60,666 nt of DNA from Gammaproteobacteria bacterium (GTDB taxonomy: Bacteria; Pseudomonadota; Gammaproteobacteria; GCA-001735895). Positions 46,069-56,441 of this stretch are shown piece after piece. The notes below the pieces were generated by a model. The model did no database searches, was not told the origin of the DNA, and saw only the letters and a program-made list of their open reading frames with translations. The translations under genes were made by a program, and so were the position numbers. Each line of letters starts with the position of its first letter. The stretch's first letter is position 1. The stretch is from positions 1-60,666 of the forward strand of contig JBDNJA010000228.1 of NCBI GenBank assembly GCA_041688005.1, read 5' to 3'.

Positions 46069-46560
46069 ATGAAAAAATCAACAAAAATCATTGCCATCAC
46101 GACTCTATTGATTGGCCTATCAACAACAGTGTTCGCATTTCCAAATCATGGTATCGAATTAAACTTATCAGCTGTCGATGCATTTGTTGATGAATTCAGG
46201 TTTAAATAGCTGGTAAAGAATCTACTCGATAATGCATTACATTATTTGTAGACTGATGCGCCTGCAATCAAAGTTAGTTTGACGGCGCAAAATGGGAAGA
46301 TAGCATTAAGCATTCGTGACTGCGGCAGTGGCATTAGCGCCGAAGATCTTGAACATATTACCGAACCATTTTATCGAGCCGATAGTGCCCGACAACGCAG
46401 CTCAGGTGGTTATGGGCTAGGTTTGTCTTTGTGTCATAAAATTGTGCAAACACATGGCGGAAGGATTCAAATAACGAGCCAAATTGATGTTGGGACAACG
46501 GTCAGCGTCTTTTACCAACGTCCAATTCACCGACCTGATGCAACCTGCTTATGGCCGTAG
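46069..46560 (+). pseudogene. Histidine-kinase remnant (signal/TM start joined to an HATPase_c tail, with in-frame stops)
   Basis: The reading is MKKSTKIIAITTLLIGL ... IELNLSAVDAFVDEFRFK-stop-LVKNLLDNALHYL-stop-...IALSIRDCGSGISAEDLEHITEPFYRAD...GGYGLGLSLCHKIVQTHGG. The N, G1 and G2 boxes are present, but the DHp/His domain is absent. Confidence 0.7.
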
Positions 46561-46585
46561 GAATAAAGAAAAATCGTTTATTTCA

Positions 46586-46617
46586 ATAGTTGACCATTTT
46601 AGTCAGGATTGTATACT
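46586..46617 (+). promoter_or_regulatory. iscR promoter (TTGACC-16-TATACT) with overlapping IscR type-1-like box
   Basis: ATAGTTGACCATTTTAGTCAGGATT closely resembles the E. coli iscR promoter type-1 site pattern ATASYYGACTRWWWYAGTCRRSTAT. The -35 box is at 46590-46595 and the -10 box at 46612-46617. Confidence 0.6.
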
Positions 46618-46646
46618 GACCACAACTTTCTAAGACATCTTATCCG

Positions 46647-47108
46647 ATGCGTTTATCTACTAAAAGTCGCTATGCTGTTACATCTTTGCTGGATATGGTC
46701 ATGCATTCAGAGCAAGGCCCCGTATCGTTGAGCGATATCTCAATTCGGCAAGGTATATCATTGTCTTATTTAGAGCAGTTATTTGCTAAAATGAGGCGAA
46801 ATAAACTTGTCGTCAGCACCCGTGGACCCGGTGGTGGCTATAGCCTCAGCGGTACTCCTGCAGAGGTTTGCATTGCTGATGTCATCAAGGCTGTCGATGA
46901 AGAAATGCAGATAACCAATAAGGATGTACTCGAAGGTTCAGGCGATTATGAGCCCTGCCTAACCGAGCAACTCTGGGAAGAACTCAGTGAACAAATTGAA
47001 GATTATCTCACCACTATTTCGCTGGCTGATATGATGGCAAAAGAAGATGTCAGATCACTGTCGTTAGATCATGACCTGCGACAAAAAATTCAAAACTTGA
47101 CGTCATAA
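46647..47108 (+). CDS. iscR: Rrf2-family regulator IscR homologue (cluster ligands mostly absent)
   Basis: MRLSTKSRYAVTSLLDMV ... ISLSYLEQLFAKMRRNKLVVSTRGPGGGYSL is collinear with IscR. It is the first gene of the isc operon. Confidence 0.85.
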   Translation: MRLSTKSRYAVTSLLDMVMHSEQGPVSLSDISIRQGISLSYLEQLFAKMRRNKLVVSTRGPGGGYSLSGTPAEVCIADVIKAVDEEMQITNKDVLEGSGDYEPCLTEQLWEELSEQIEDYLTTISLADMMAKEDVRSLSLDHDLRQKIQNLTS

Positions 47109-47111
47109 GTT

Positions 47112-48257
47112 ATGTCCATTTATCTAGATCATAATGCGACATCGTCCTTGCATCCTGAGGTTTTAGAGGCGATGCTGCCTTTCCTTAATAACCCGGTTGG
47201 TAACGCGTCGAGCTTACATAGCGCGGGGAGGATGGCACGGTCAGTCATAGAAACGGCCAGGGCACAGGTAGCAGCACTGGTGAATAGTTCACCCGATAGT
47301 GTGATATTCACGTCAAGTGGCTCTGAGGCTAATAATTTACTTATCAAAGGCTATACAGATCCGAGCAACCCTCAGCCCTTGATCAGCAGCTTAATTGAGC
47401 ACCCAAGCGTGTTGGAGCCGTTAATACAACAACAGTCGGCGTACTCTGTCATTCATCTAGCACCTAATAGTCATGGCGAGATTGATCTGAAAGCAGCGCG
47501 ATTAGTTTTAAAGAACAATCAACCACAACTTATTTCGACGTTACTCGCCAACAATGAAACAGGCGTGATACAACCTGTTCAAGCGCTAATGGCGATGGTC
47601 GATTCACCGACCTGTCTAAAACACACTGACGCAACACAGGCGATTGGTAAACTTAAGGTCGATATGCGCAAATTAGGGGTTGATGCCATCAGTATGTCGG
47701 CACATAAATTTCGAGGCCCACAGGGCGTTGGTGCTTTGGTTGTTAAGAGAAAACTAAAGCAAGCACTCATTAGTGGTGGTGTTCAGGAAAAATACCGTCG
47801 CGCAGGCACTGAAAATGTAGCGATGATTGTCGGTATGGGCAAAGCGGCGCAAATAGCCATGCTTGAAATCGAACACAAACAGCATCACTTAATACTATTA
47901 AGAGATTTACTGGAATCCAAGTTAGCGTCAATTCCAGGTGCCGTTATCTTTGGCGCTAGAGCGAAGCGATTACCTAACACGACCTATTTTTCGATTCCTT
48001 ACTATCACGGTGAAACCTTGCTCATGGAACTGGATCGCGCAGGGTTTGCGCTGGCTAGTGGCTCGGCTTGTCATAGCGAAGTAACCAAGGCTAGTCATGT
48101 TTTAACGGCAATGGGCATTGAAGATAGCCTGGCGCTCAATGCGGTAAGAGTGAGTTTTGGCTCAACCAATACGTTACAGGATGTTGAGTCGTTAGTAGCA
48201 AAGCTACGCGAACTAGTGAACAAACTACCAGCTGTCATCCGACAAGCTGCTGTGTAA
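47112..48257 (+). CDS. Cysteine desulfurase (class V aminotransferase, short NifS/IscS-like form, 381 aa)
   Basis: The PLP lysine is in [16 protein letters not shown] and the active-site loop is SGSACHSEV. It occupies the iscS position. Confidence 0.85.
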   Translation: MSIYLDHNATSSLHPEVLEAMLPFLNNPVGNASSLHSAGRMARSVIETARAQVAALVNSSPDSVIFTSSGSEANNLLIKGYTDPSNPQPLISSLIEHPSVLEPLIQQQSAYSVIHLAPNSHGEIDLKAARLVLKNNQPQLISTLLANNETGVIQPVQALMAMVDSPTCLKHTDATQAIGKLKVDMRKLGVDAISMSAHKFRGPQGVGALVVKRKLKQALISGGVQEKYRRAGTENVAMIVGMGKAAQIAMLEIEHKQHHLILLRDLLESKLASIPGAVIFGARAKRLPNTTYFSIPYYHGETLLMELDRAGFALASGSACHSEVTKASHVLTAMGIEDSLALNAVRVSFGSTNTLQDVESLVAKLRELVNKLPAVIRQAAV

Positions 48258-48271
48258 GAGAGGATAATATT

Positions 48272-48595
48272 ATGGCGATTCAACTAACCGATTTAGCTGC
48301 ACAACGAGTCCAAACCTTTCTCACCAATCGAGGCAAAGGCATTGGATTACGACTGGGCGTAAAAACAACAGGTTGCTCCGGCATGGCCTACGTCATTGAG
48401 TTTGTTGATGAACTGGACGACAGCGATACTGTATTTGAAACCAATGGCGTGAAGGTAGTGGTAGATCCTAAAAGTTTGATTTTTCTAGATGGCACTCAGG
48501 TCGATTTTGCAAAAGATGGATTAAACGAAGGCTTCCAGTTTGTTAACCCTAATGCGAAAGATGAGTGTGGTTGTGGCGAAAGCTTTACCATCTAA
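48272..48595 (+). CDS. iscA: Iron-sulfur cluster assembly A-type carrier IscA
   Basis: The 107-aa sequence has GCSGMAY and the C-terminal CGCGESF Cys triad. Confidence 0.9.
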   Translation: MAIQLTDLAAQRVQTFLTNRGKGIGLRLGVKTTGCSGMAYVIEFVDELDDSDTVFETNGVKVVVDPKSLIFLDGTQVDFAKDGLNEGFQFVNPNAKDECGCGESFTI

Positions 48596-48643
48596 AGTCG
48601 TATCATTTAGATTATCATTTAGATTAAGAAGCAGAGTTCATTG

Positions 48644-49189
48644 ATGAAGGTACTGGATTTATCTCAGAGTTATTTCGACCTATTCAAACAACCTTTAAGC
48701 TTCGAAATCGATTTAGCACAACTGCACGAAAACCAACAAAACCTGCAAGCTAAATTTCATCCAGATAGATTTGTGAATGCATCCGACCAGGAAAAACGAC
48801 TGTCGGTGCAACAGGCATCGTGGGTGAATGAGGCTTACCAAACATTGGCGAATCCTGTCAAGCGGGCACGGTATATGTTGGAAGTCAGTGGGCAGGATAT
48901 GAAAGATGAATCCGAGACCACCTCTGATATTGAATTCCTAATGGAACAAATAGCGTTACGCGAGCAAATGGAAGAAGTTCGTGACAAACAAGACCCACTC
49001 GAAGAGTGCGACAACATCATCAAACACCTGAAACTAAGGTCGAAAGAGATCAGTGATGATTTCTCGAATCAATTCGAATCAGGTGACCTTCAAGCAGCCA
49101 ATCTGGTTAGCCGCAAGATGCAGTTTGTGCAACGAATTTTAGAACAGGTCATGGATTTGCAATTTCAACTCGAAGAAGAATTTAGTTAG
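48644..49189 (+). CDS. hscB: Co-chaperone HscB
   Basis: J domain with HPD (KFHPDRF) and a C-terminal helical domain. It sits between iscA and hscA. Confidence 0.85.
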   Translation: MKVLDLSQSYFDLFKQPLSFEIDLAQLHENQQNLQAKFHPDRFVNASDQEKRLSVQQASWVNEAYQTLANPVKRARYMLEVSGQDMKDESETTSDIEFLMEQIALREQMEEVRDKQDPLEECDNIIKHLKLRSKEISDDFSNQFESGDLQAANLVSRKMQFVQRILEQVMDLQFQLEEEFS

Positions 49190-49197
49190 AGAATTTC

Positions 49198-51069
49198 ATG
49201 GCATTACTACAAATATCAGAGCCGGGTCAATCATCCGCACCTCACCAGCATCGTTTTTCTGCGGGCATTGATCTGGGTACGACAAACTCGCTCGTGTCGA
49301 CCGTACGCAGCGGCATAGCAGAAACGCTGCCTGATGAGTGTGGAAACGTTTTGCTGCCCTCTATCGTCTATATGGGCAACGAGCAACGCCTGGTTGGCCA
49401 CGAGGCACAAAAGTATCAGTCCGACGACCCACTCAATACCTTATCGTCAATCAAGCGCCTAATGGGTCGTGGAATTGACGACATTTCGCAACTGGGTAAT
49501 GTATTGCCTTATGAATTTGTCACTGATGAAAACCAGGTTGTGCCACGGATTAAAACAGCCACTGGCGCCATCAGTGCCGTTGAAGTCTCAGCCGAGATAT
49601 TGAAAAAACTAGCCGAAAGAGCGCAGAAAACCTTAGGTGGAAAATTAGATGGCGTTGTCATTACCGTGCCAGCCTATTTCGACGATGCACAAAGACAGGC
49701 CACTCGAGATGCCGCCACACTGGCCGGCCTTAATGTTTACAGGCTCCTGAATGAACCGACTGCCGCAGCCGTAGCCTATGGTTTAGATCAACAGCATGAT
49801 GGCGTCATAGCCGTCTATGATTTAGGTGGTGGTACTTTTGATATTTCCATTTTACGCCTCAATAAAGGGATATTCGAAGTTCTCGCTACTGGCGGTGACT
49901 CAGCACTCGGTGGTGATGACATCGACCATGCGCTCGGCGAATGGATACTTGAGCAGGCTCAGTTTGAGCAACTCGATGCCGTATTATCCCGCCGAATTCT
50001 GATAGCCGCGAGAGCAGCCAAAGAAGCGCTAACCACCCAAAAGACAACTGAAATAAGCGTCAATTACGCAGATCAAACCTGGCAGGGCAGTTTAACTATC
50101 GAGCAGTTTAACCTCATCACCCAGCCAATTATTAAAAAGACCCTAACGCCCTGCAGACGTGTATTACGCGATGCCAATATCGACATCGATCAAATCGCTC
50201 AGATCGTGATGGTTGGAGGATCGACACGTGTTCCTTTAGTCCCTCAAATGGTGGAGGGCTTCTTTCAGCGCAAGCCAATGACTGACCTTGATCCAGACCA
50301 GGTCGTTGTCATTGGTGCCGCAATTCAGGCCGACGTACTATCTGGTAACAAACCCGATAGCGAGATGCTACTGCTTGATGTGCTCCCACTATCGCTTGGG
50401 ATAGAAACCATGGGCGGTTTAAGCGAAAAAATAATATCGCGCAATACACCAATTCCAGTGGCTAAAGCGCAAGAATTCACCACCTTCAAAAATGGCCAGA
50501 CTTCAATGTCAGTCCATGTTATCCAGGGTGAAAGAGAGCTAGTCTCAGATTGTCGTTCACTCGCAAGATTCGAACTACGTGGTTTTCCACCTATGGTCGC
50601 AGGTGCAGCCAGAATACGAGTCACCTATCAAGTCGATGCAGATGGATTAATGACCGTGTCGGCAGAAGAATTAACCAGCGGCGTAACCGCTGATATCGTG
50701 GTTAAACCCTCTTACGGATTGACCGACACGGAAATCGAATCCATGTTACGAGCCTCGATGGACTTCGCTCAAGAAGACATCGAGTTGAGAATGCTCAAAG
50801 AGCAACAAGTCGAAGCCAAACGAGTAATAGAAGCCCTGGACTCCGCATTGGTTAGTGATGGCCATAGTTTGCTCGGCGAGACTGAAATAAACAACATACT
50901 GCTACACAGAAACCAACTAGAGCAACAAATCGAAAGCACAACATCCGATAATTTAAAAAAAATGATAAAAGCCGTTGAAGTTGCTAGTGAAAGCTATGTC
51001 GCAAAACGAATGAACTCCAGCGTTGTAAAAGCACTCGCCGGCAAACAAATTGACGAGGTAAATTTCTAG
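49198..51069 (+). CDS. hscA: Fe-S assembly Hsp70-type chaperone HscA
   Basis: [19 protein letters not shown] and the overall Hsp70 architecture, with hscA-typical length and context. Confidence 0.95.
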   Translation: MALLQISEPGQSSAPHQHRFSAGIDLGTTNSLVSTVRSGIAETLPDECGNVLLPSIVYMGNEQRLVGHEAQKYQSDDPLNTLSSIKRLMGRGIDDISQLGNVLPYEFVTDENQVVPRIKTATGAISAVEVSAEILKKLAERAQKTLGGKLDGVVITVPAYFDDAQRQATRDAATLAGLNVYRLLNEPTAAAVAYGLDQQHDGVIAVYDLGGGTFDISILRLNKGIFEVLATGGDSALGGDDIDHALGEWILEQAQFEQLDAVLSRRILIAARAAKEALTTQKTTEISVNYADQTWQGSLTIEQFNLITQPIIKKTLTPCRRVLRDANIDIDQIAQIVMVGGSTRVPLVPQMVEGFFQRKPMTDLDPDQVVVIGAAIQADVLSGNKPDSEMLLLDVLPLSLGIETMGGLSEKIISRNTPIPVAKAQEFTTFKNGQTSMSVHVIQGERELVSDCRSLARFELRGFPPMVAGAARIRVTYQVDADGLMTVSAEELTSGVTADIVVKPSYGLTDTEIESMLRASMDFAQEDIELRMLKEQQVEAKRVIEALDSALVSDGHSLLGETEINNILLHRNQLEQQIESTTSDNLKKMIKAVEVASESYVAKRMNSSVVKALAGKQIDEVNF

Positions 51070-51071
51070 CA

Positions 51072-51410
51072 ATGCCAAAGATAATAGTTCTACCACACGA
51101 AGAGATTTGTCCAGAAGGCATTGTGATAGATGCCGAAGCAGGTATTAGTCTATGTGATGCCTTGCTAAATCATGACGTCGAAATCGAACATGCCTGCGAA
51201 AAATCCTGCGCCTGTACCACCTGTCATGTACACATACGCGAAGGTTTCGACAGCCTGGAAGAATCATCCGAGATAGAAGACGACTATCTAGACAAAGCCT
51301 GGGGGCTGGACATGGAATCAAGACTCAGCTGCCAGGCCATTGTTGGCAATGAACCTCTGGTGATTGAAATTCCGAAATACACTATTAACATGGTTTCAGA
51401 AACACATTAG
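51072..51410 (+). CDS. fdx: [2Fe-2S] ferredoxin of the ISC system
   Basis: CEKSCACTTCH ... C pattern of adrenodoxin-type Fdx, directly after hscA. Confidence 0.9.
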   Translation: MPKIIVLPHEEICPEGIVIDAEAGISLCDALLNHDVEIEHACEKSCACTTCHVHIREGFDSLEESSEIEDDYLDKAWGLDMESRLSCQAIVGNEPLVIEIPKYTINMVSETH

Positions 51411-51434
51411 CGATTAACATCGAAAGGTAAGAAA

Positions 51435-51635
51435 ATGAGTTTAATTTGGACAGACACATTAGATATCGCGATCGAACTATCGGACATTCATACCGATGTA
51501 GACCCAAAATTTATTCGCTTCACTGATTTACATGGCTGGGTTTGTGCACTCGAAGATTTCGATGACGATCCAGAAAAATCCAATGAAAAAATCCTGGAAG
51601 CAATTCAAATGGCCTGGATCGAAGAGATTGATTAA
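51435..51635 (+). CDS. iscX: Fe-S assembly protein IscX
   Basis: A 66-aa acidic protein with WTDTLDIAIEL ... FTDLHGWV ... FDDDP, typical of IscX/YfhJ. Confidence 0.85.
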   Translation: MSLIWTDTLDIAIELSDIHTDVDPKFIRFTDLHGWVCALEDFDDDPEKSNEKILEAIQMAWIEEID

Positions 51636-52079
51636 GACAGGCTATGCCTATATTTTTAACCGCATAGCGTAGATCTCTGCAGGCTTGCCCCCGAGCTGGA
51701 TAAACCTCTATGGTCGTAGGTCATTGTGGGGTATTCAGTTGATGGAGTTGCCGAAAATACATATCCTGTTTATCGTTTAATGTATCACTTAGTATAGAAC
51801 CCTAAATACAGACATAAAGTTTTCGATGAACCGTCTCTTCCAAAATAAAATCTTTCCCAACTATTTTTTCATATATCGAGAATAAAATAGTGCACTAGCA
51901 GTAAATCAATGCTACACCAGTAGCACGCTATCTAAATAAGGATCTAAAAGTAGTCAGCTGGTTGGCCCGAGCATTACACCTACTTAAATAAATGAAATTT
52001 AAAATAATTTATTGTTAGGAAATACCGAATAAAACCAAGTTATTGGAGAAACTGATGACCACAAGATGTAGAGATCAAC

Positions 52080-52538
52080 ATGCGTAATTTATTGAAAATG
52101 CCATCGCGCATGATTTATTCCACTCTAGTAATTTTAATTTATAGTTTTCAATCGCTGGGGGCTACCGAGATAACCTTCAATACGACAACGCTAGCAATCA
52201 ACAAAGAGGTATATAGTCTAGAAATAGCAAAAACGCAAGATCAGCGACAACAGGGTTTAATGTTTCGGGAAAAATTAGATTCAAAAGATGGGATGGTGTT
52301 TATTTACCCTAATTCAGCCAGTCATCGAATTTGGATGAAAAACACCAAGATTAAACTCACCGTTATATGGATTGATGAAGTAGGGCAGGTGTTAGGTATT
52401 CAACGATTAGAACCGTGCCAACGAGATCCTTGCAAAAGCTACGGCCTGAATCAATCTTCAAGATATATTATCGAGTTAAATCACCAGGCTCATAACATCA
52501 AAATCGGCGACGAAATATCAGGATTAAACCAGCTCTAG
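52080..52538 (+). CDS. DUF192 domain protein (secreted)
   Basis: Signal peptide plus QGLMFRE...DGMVFIY...IWMKNTKIKLTVIWID, the DUF192 signature. Confidence 0.75.
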   Translation: MRNLLKMPSRMIYSTLVILIYSFQSLGATEITFNTTTLAINKEVYSLEIAKTQDQRQQGLMFREKLDSKDGMVFIYPNSASHRIWMKNTKIKLTVIWIDEVGQVLGIQRLEPCQRDPCKSYGLNQSSRYIIELNHQAHNIKIGDEISGLNQL

Positions 52539-52562
52539 AAAAACTGACTAATTCGGCTGCTC

Positions 52563-53180
52563 TTATGTGTTTAGACGAAGCAGATCATTGTTATCTGCTG
52601 ATTGAGACAGTTCAACCAGTGTCTCCCAGGCTTTTAGCGCCGGATAAACAACGTCCGCTATTTCAAATTGAGTCAGGTAATATTCTGGAATATTACCTTG
52701 ATGTAGCACACTGCTTGGGTGTCCTTTGGGAAATGTAGCGGTGTAATCAAAGAACAAGGCACCTTTGATCGTGATTCCAGGAACAATGGTTTTCAATGCG
52801 GAGATTTGATTTTTAAGCTCAAAAAGTGGGTTATGAAATTGGTAGCTTTTCTTGTCAATCACCTGAGTCCATTCAGTAATATTCTCGGCGCAATAAATAC
52901 TTCCGGCATATTGTTTTAACGAAACCAGTAAAATTGAATCTTTAAGTAAAATTAAGCGATCCACTTTAAAACTACCATCTAATCCATCAGAATAGATTAA
53001 ATTATGCTTTTGTTTAATTCCAATCGTATTTAACAGTCGGCGCTTACGCCACGATATAGTAACAAGACGCAGTTTTTTAGCGTTGATGAACGCAATGACT
53101 GTTATTGCCAGAAGCGTAATAACAAGCGGTAGTAAGCCGCTATAAAGCCAGGTTAGCTCCTTGAAAGTTTCGTAATTCAT
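52563..53180 (-). CDS. Membrane-anchored NERD (nuclease-related) domain protein
   Basis: An N-terminal TM helix is followed by VDRLILLKDSILLVSLKQYAGSIY...WTQVI...FHNPLFELKNQ, the NERD pattern. Confidence 0.55.
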   Translation of the reverse strand: MNYETFKELTWLYSGLLPLVITLLAITVIAFINAKKLRLVTISWRKRRLLNTIGIKQKHNLIYSDGLDGSFKVDRLILLKDSILLVSLKQYAGSIYCAENITEWTQVIDKKSYQFHNPLFELKNQISALKTIVPGITIKGALFFDYTATFPKGHPSSVLHQGNIPEYYLTQFEIADVVYPALKAWETLVELSQSADNNDLLRLNT

Positions 53181-53292
53181 AGGATGATATAATATCGAAA
53201 CATGTCAAAAATGGCACGTGAAATTGGCATTGTTTCGTTTATATATGGCGATATACTGAACAATACACTCTCTTGAATTAAATAGGTCCACT

Positions 53293-54360
53293 ATGAGTAT
53301 TCCTATCACGACACCGTCATTAAGGCTTGAACATCTTTATGATCGAGAAAGTTGCACTTACACCTATTTATTGATAGATCCAGAAACCCAAGAAGGTGCC
53401 ATCATTGATCCGGTATGGGAACACTTTGATCGGGATATGCAGATCATCAACGAACTGGGTATTGAACTGTTATATTCGATAGAAACGCATGCACATGCCG
53501 ATCATGTTACCTCGGGTGGAAAGATGCGCCAAATGACCGGTGCCAAAATTGTATTCGGTGAAAACGCAGGCATTCAGTCAATCGACATTTCAATCAAACA
53601 TAACGAAAAATTAAAACTGGGTAATTACACCATCAGAGCCATTTCTACACCCGGTCACACAAGCGCCTGTACTAGCTACTATATCGATGGCATGGTTTTT
53701 ACGGGTGATACTCTGTTGATACGTGGTTGTGGACGAACTGATTTTCAAGATGGTGATCCAGAACAGTTATTTGATAGCATTACACAGCAACTTTTTAATT
53801 TGGGGGACGAAACTAGAGTGTACCCAGGGCATGATTACAATGGCCGCATCGGTTCTACTATAGGTGAGGAAAAACGCTGGAATTTACGTTTGGGTAATAA
53901 TCGTTCTAAAACTGAATTTGTCGAGTTGATGAATAACCTTAATCTCGACATGCCTAAGAAAATAAATGAAGCGGTACCAGCGAACATCTCATGTGGTATT
54001 AATTTCAATCCAAAACGCTATGTATTAGATGACATCTCGATGGATGACCTGTATCAAGTTTGGAAACAATTACCTGAAGATACCTTAATTGTAGATAATA
54101 GAACACTGGAAGAATTTTCCAGTGGGCATGTTCCTGGTAGCAGAAATATGCCTATTGGTACCGAAAGTGAACATCTTAAAACTTTAAAACGATATAAAAA
54201 AGTGTATATCCATTGTCGATCAGGCCGTCGTTCCCAAACTGTCTTTACGAATCTAAATTTACTGGGGATAGACCACCTTGCTTGCGTATGCCATAGCGGT
54301 ATGCCTGACTGGATAAAAGCGGGTTACGAAGTCGAAATGGGTCATCCCCGCTCTATTTAA
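53293..54360 (+). CDS. MBL-fold persulfide dioxygenase-like domain fused to a rhodanese domain
   Basis: The metallo-beta-lactamase motif is ETHAHADH with ETHE1-like blocks (TPGHTSAC, GCGRTDFQ). The C-terminal rhodanese has the active-site loop HCRSGRRS. Confidence 0.8.
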   Translation: MSIPITTPSLRLEHLYDRESCTYTYLLIDPETQEGAIIDPVWEHFDRDMQIINELGIELLYSIETHAHADHVTSGGKMRQMTGAKIVFGENAGIQSIDISIKHNEKLKLGNYTIRAISTPGHTSACTSYYIDGMVFTGDTLLIRGCGRTDFQDGDPEQLFDSITQQLFNLGDETRVYPGHDYNGRIGSTIGEEKRWNLRLGNNRSKTEFVELMNNLNLDMPKKINEAVPANISCGINFNPKRYVLDDISMDDLYQVWKQLPEDTLIVDNRTLEEFSSGHVPGSRNMPIGTESEHLKTLKRYKKVYIHCRSGRRSQTVFTNLNLLGIDHLACVCHSGMPDWIKAGYEVEMGHPRSI

Positions 54361-54377
54361 CCGCCTAATAGACGTTC

Positions 54378-55538
54378 TTAGACAGGATGAACAAACGATA
54401 ATGCAAGCCTGGCCATTTTTCCGGCACCGCCGCCCGCACCTAAGTTCTTTCGCACTTTCGACAGGTCTGAAACAACCTGCGATCGATACGATTCATCTTC
54501 CAATAATTGAAACAGCTCAGTCGCTATGGTTTGTGGGGTCGCATCATCCTGTAATAGCTCTTTTACAATGAGCTTATTCGCGACGATATTGGCGAGCCCG
54601 ATGTGTGGAATGGTCATCAGGCGGCTCATGATTTGATAAGACAACCACGACATTTTATACACCACGCACATCGGCACATTCAGCAACGCAATCTCAAGTG
54701 TTACCGTGCCAGAGCAAGAAACAATCGCGTTACAACAAGGAATCAAGTCATAGATATCATCACGAGTGAGTTGGATATCGACACCCGATTGCTCACATTG
54801 TTGATGGATCGCGTCATAATCGAGTGTTGAGGCAACCGGTAATATAAATTTTAGCGTGGGGTTTCTCTGCCGCATCAATTGTGCAGTTTCGAGCATCAAT
54901 GGCAAAAGTCGGTGGATTTCGCTTTTACGACTGCCGGGGAACAGCCCTACGACGATATCACTTTGTTCTAGCCCTAAATTCCCCCGAGATTGTTTTGCGT
55001 CAATATTAGCTTTTACTTTATCGACCAAAGGATGACCAACAAAACTAACCGGAATATTGGCCTTTTCATAAAATGTCTGTTCGAACTTGAATAGAACAGC
55101 CATGTGGTCGATAGAACGACCAATTTTATGAATTCGTTTTGGACGCCAGGCCCAAACTTGAGGGCTGATGTAAAACAAAACTTTGATACCTAGTGCCTTG
55201 GCATGGCGCGCCATTTTCAAATTGAATTCAGGGTAATCAACCAGTATTAATAAGTCAGGCTTGGTTTCTTCCAGGGCGGCCTTGACCAGATTCATTGCCT
55301 TTTTGATATCACCCCAATGGCGCAATACTTCGATCAAGCCCATTACCGCAATACTCTCCGAGTCAAAAAACACATCGACACCGGCTTTTTTCATGAGCGT
55401 TGTGCCCATGCCCGTAAGACGAATATCGGGTCGTAATTGCTTAATTTCGTTTACAAATTCTGCAGCATGCGAATCGCCCGAGGCTTCGCCCGCCAGAATC
55501 ATAATGTGCGGTGCAGTACTCATATCTTTAGTGCCCAT
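54378..55538 (-). CDS. lpxB: Lipid-A-disaccharide synthase
   Basis: IMILAGEASGD, VDYPEFNL, ISPQVWAWR and the overall GT19 pattern. The true start may be the internal MSTAP Met at 55523. Confidence 0.9.
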   Translation of the reverse strand: MGTKDMSTAPHIMILAGEASGDSHAAEFVNEIKQLRPDIRLTGMGTTLMKKAGVDVFFDSESIAVMGLIEVLRHWGDIKKAMNLVKAALEETKPDLLILVDYPEFNLKMARHAKALGIKVLFYISPQVWAWRPKRIHKIGRSIDHMAVLFKFEQTFYEKANIPVSFVGHPLVDKVKANIDAKQSRGNLGLEQSDIVVGLFPGSRKSEIHRLLPLMLETAQLMRQRNPTLKFILPVASTLDYDAIHQQCEQSGVDIQLTRDDIYDLIPCCNAIVSCSGTVTLEIALLNVPMCVVYKMSWLSYQIMSRLMTIPHIGLANIVANKLIVKELLQDDATPQTIATELFQLLEDESYRSQVVSDLSKVRKNLGAGGGAGKMARLALSFVHPV

Positions 55539-55856
55539 TGCTACGAACTACCAGACTTATTACATCAACTTCCGTTAGAATATCGCAATAATCCGAGCAA
55601 GCTTTCGTACCATGCTTTTGAGCTACGTCAGCTTCGAGGTTATTATCAACAACGGTGACTTTGAGTAAATTTGACATGGTGAAATCTTCAATTTTGAAAC
55701 GGCGCATTATATATGAGACCTTTGCACGAGCGGGATTTTTGTTTTCTGGCAAGGCGAAAGCGCACGCAATGAGGGAGTTTACCCCAGTAAATGACCGATT
55801 GAGTACGATTTCAACGCCGGCAGAGAGCAAAAAGACAATCGTGGAAGGGTTTTCAT

Positions 55857-56438
55857 ATGTTTGATTTGCCAATTGGTAAACAAGTCGCAGGTGTTGATGA
55901 AGCGGGAAGAGGGCCGTTAGCCGGCTCGGTGGTTGCCGCAGCCGTCATTCTGGATTCATCACAGCCGATAGTTGGGCTAACCGATTCTAAAAAACTCACC
56001 GCTGCCAAAAGAGCCAAGCTTGAGGTTGAGGTCAAACGAACTGCTGTCGCCTGGGCGATTGCCGAAGCGAGTATTGAAGAAATCGACGATATCAATATTT
56101 TGCATGCCAGTATGCTCGCCATGCGCCGCGCCGTACTGGCTTTGAAAACCTCTCCAGACATCGTATTAGTGGATGGTAATCGGGAGCCCGACCTGGCAAA
56201 TTTCGAGGTGCACGCCATTATTAAAGGTGATTTGACCGAGCCTTGTATTTCAGCCGCCTCGGTTTTAGCCAAGGAATATCGCGATAGACAAATGCTCGAA
56301 CTAGACCTTTTATATCCTCAATATCAGTTTGCTAAACACAAAGGATATCCGACTCAGTTACATCGTGACTTACTCATTCAACACGGCATCTCGCCCGTTC
56401 ACCGACGCAGCTTCAAACCAGTCAGGGATCTACTCTAA
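55857..56438 (+). CDS. rnhB: Ribonuclease HII
   Basis: [21 protein letters not shown] and the DSKKL and KGD blocks. Confidence 0.9.
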   Translation: MFDLPIGKQVAGVDEAGRGPLAGSVVAAAVILDSSQPIVGLTDSKKLTAAKRAKLEVEVKRTAVAWAIAEASIEEIDDINILHASMLAMRRAVLALKTSPDIVLVDGNREPDLANFEVHAIIKGDLTEPCISAASVLAKEYRDRQMLELDLLYPQYQFAKHKGYPTQLHRDLLIQHGISPVHRRSFKPVRDLL

Positions 56439-56441
56439 GCT

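Noticed and set aside
45949-46209. An 86-aa ORF with a signal-peptide-like segment, considered as a possible small secreted protein.
   Set aside because: Its C-terminal residues (IELNLSAVDAFVDEFRFK) continue, across a stop codon, directly into histidine-kinase N-box sequence. It is better explained as part of the kinase pseudogene.
51636-52079. A 444-bp AT-rich ORF-free gap after iscX, considered as the possible site of an sRNA or tRNA.
   Set aside because: I could recognise no tRNA-like cloverleaf, no strong promoter-terminator pair and no repeat. There is only a weak 4-bp hairpin with a T-run right after iscX. It may simply be a long promoter region for the DUF192 gene.
55528-55872. A 114-aa ORF spanning the lpxB/rnhB divergent spacer.
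   Set aside because: It overlaps both neighbouring start codons, has no recognisable family and no convincing RBS for the full-length form. A shorter 59-aa version from the Met at 55707 cannot be excluded, but there is no positive evidence for it.
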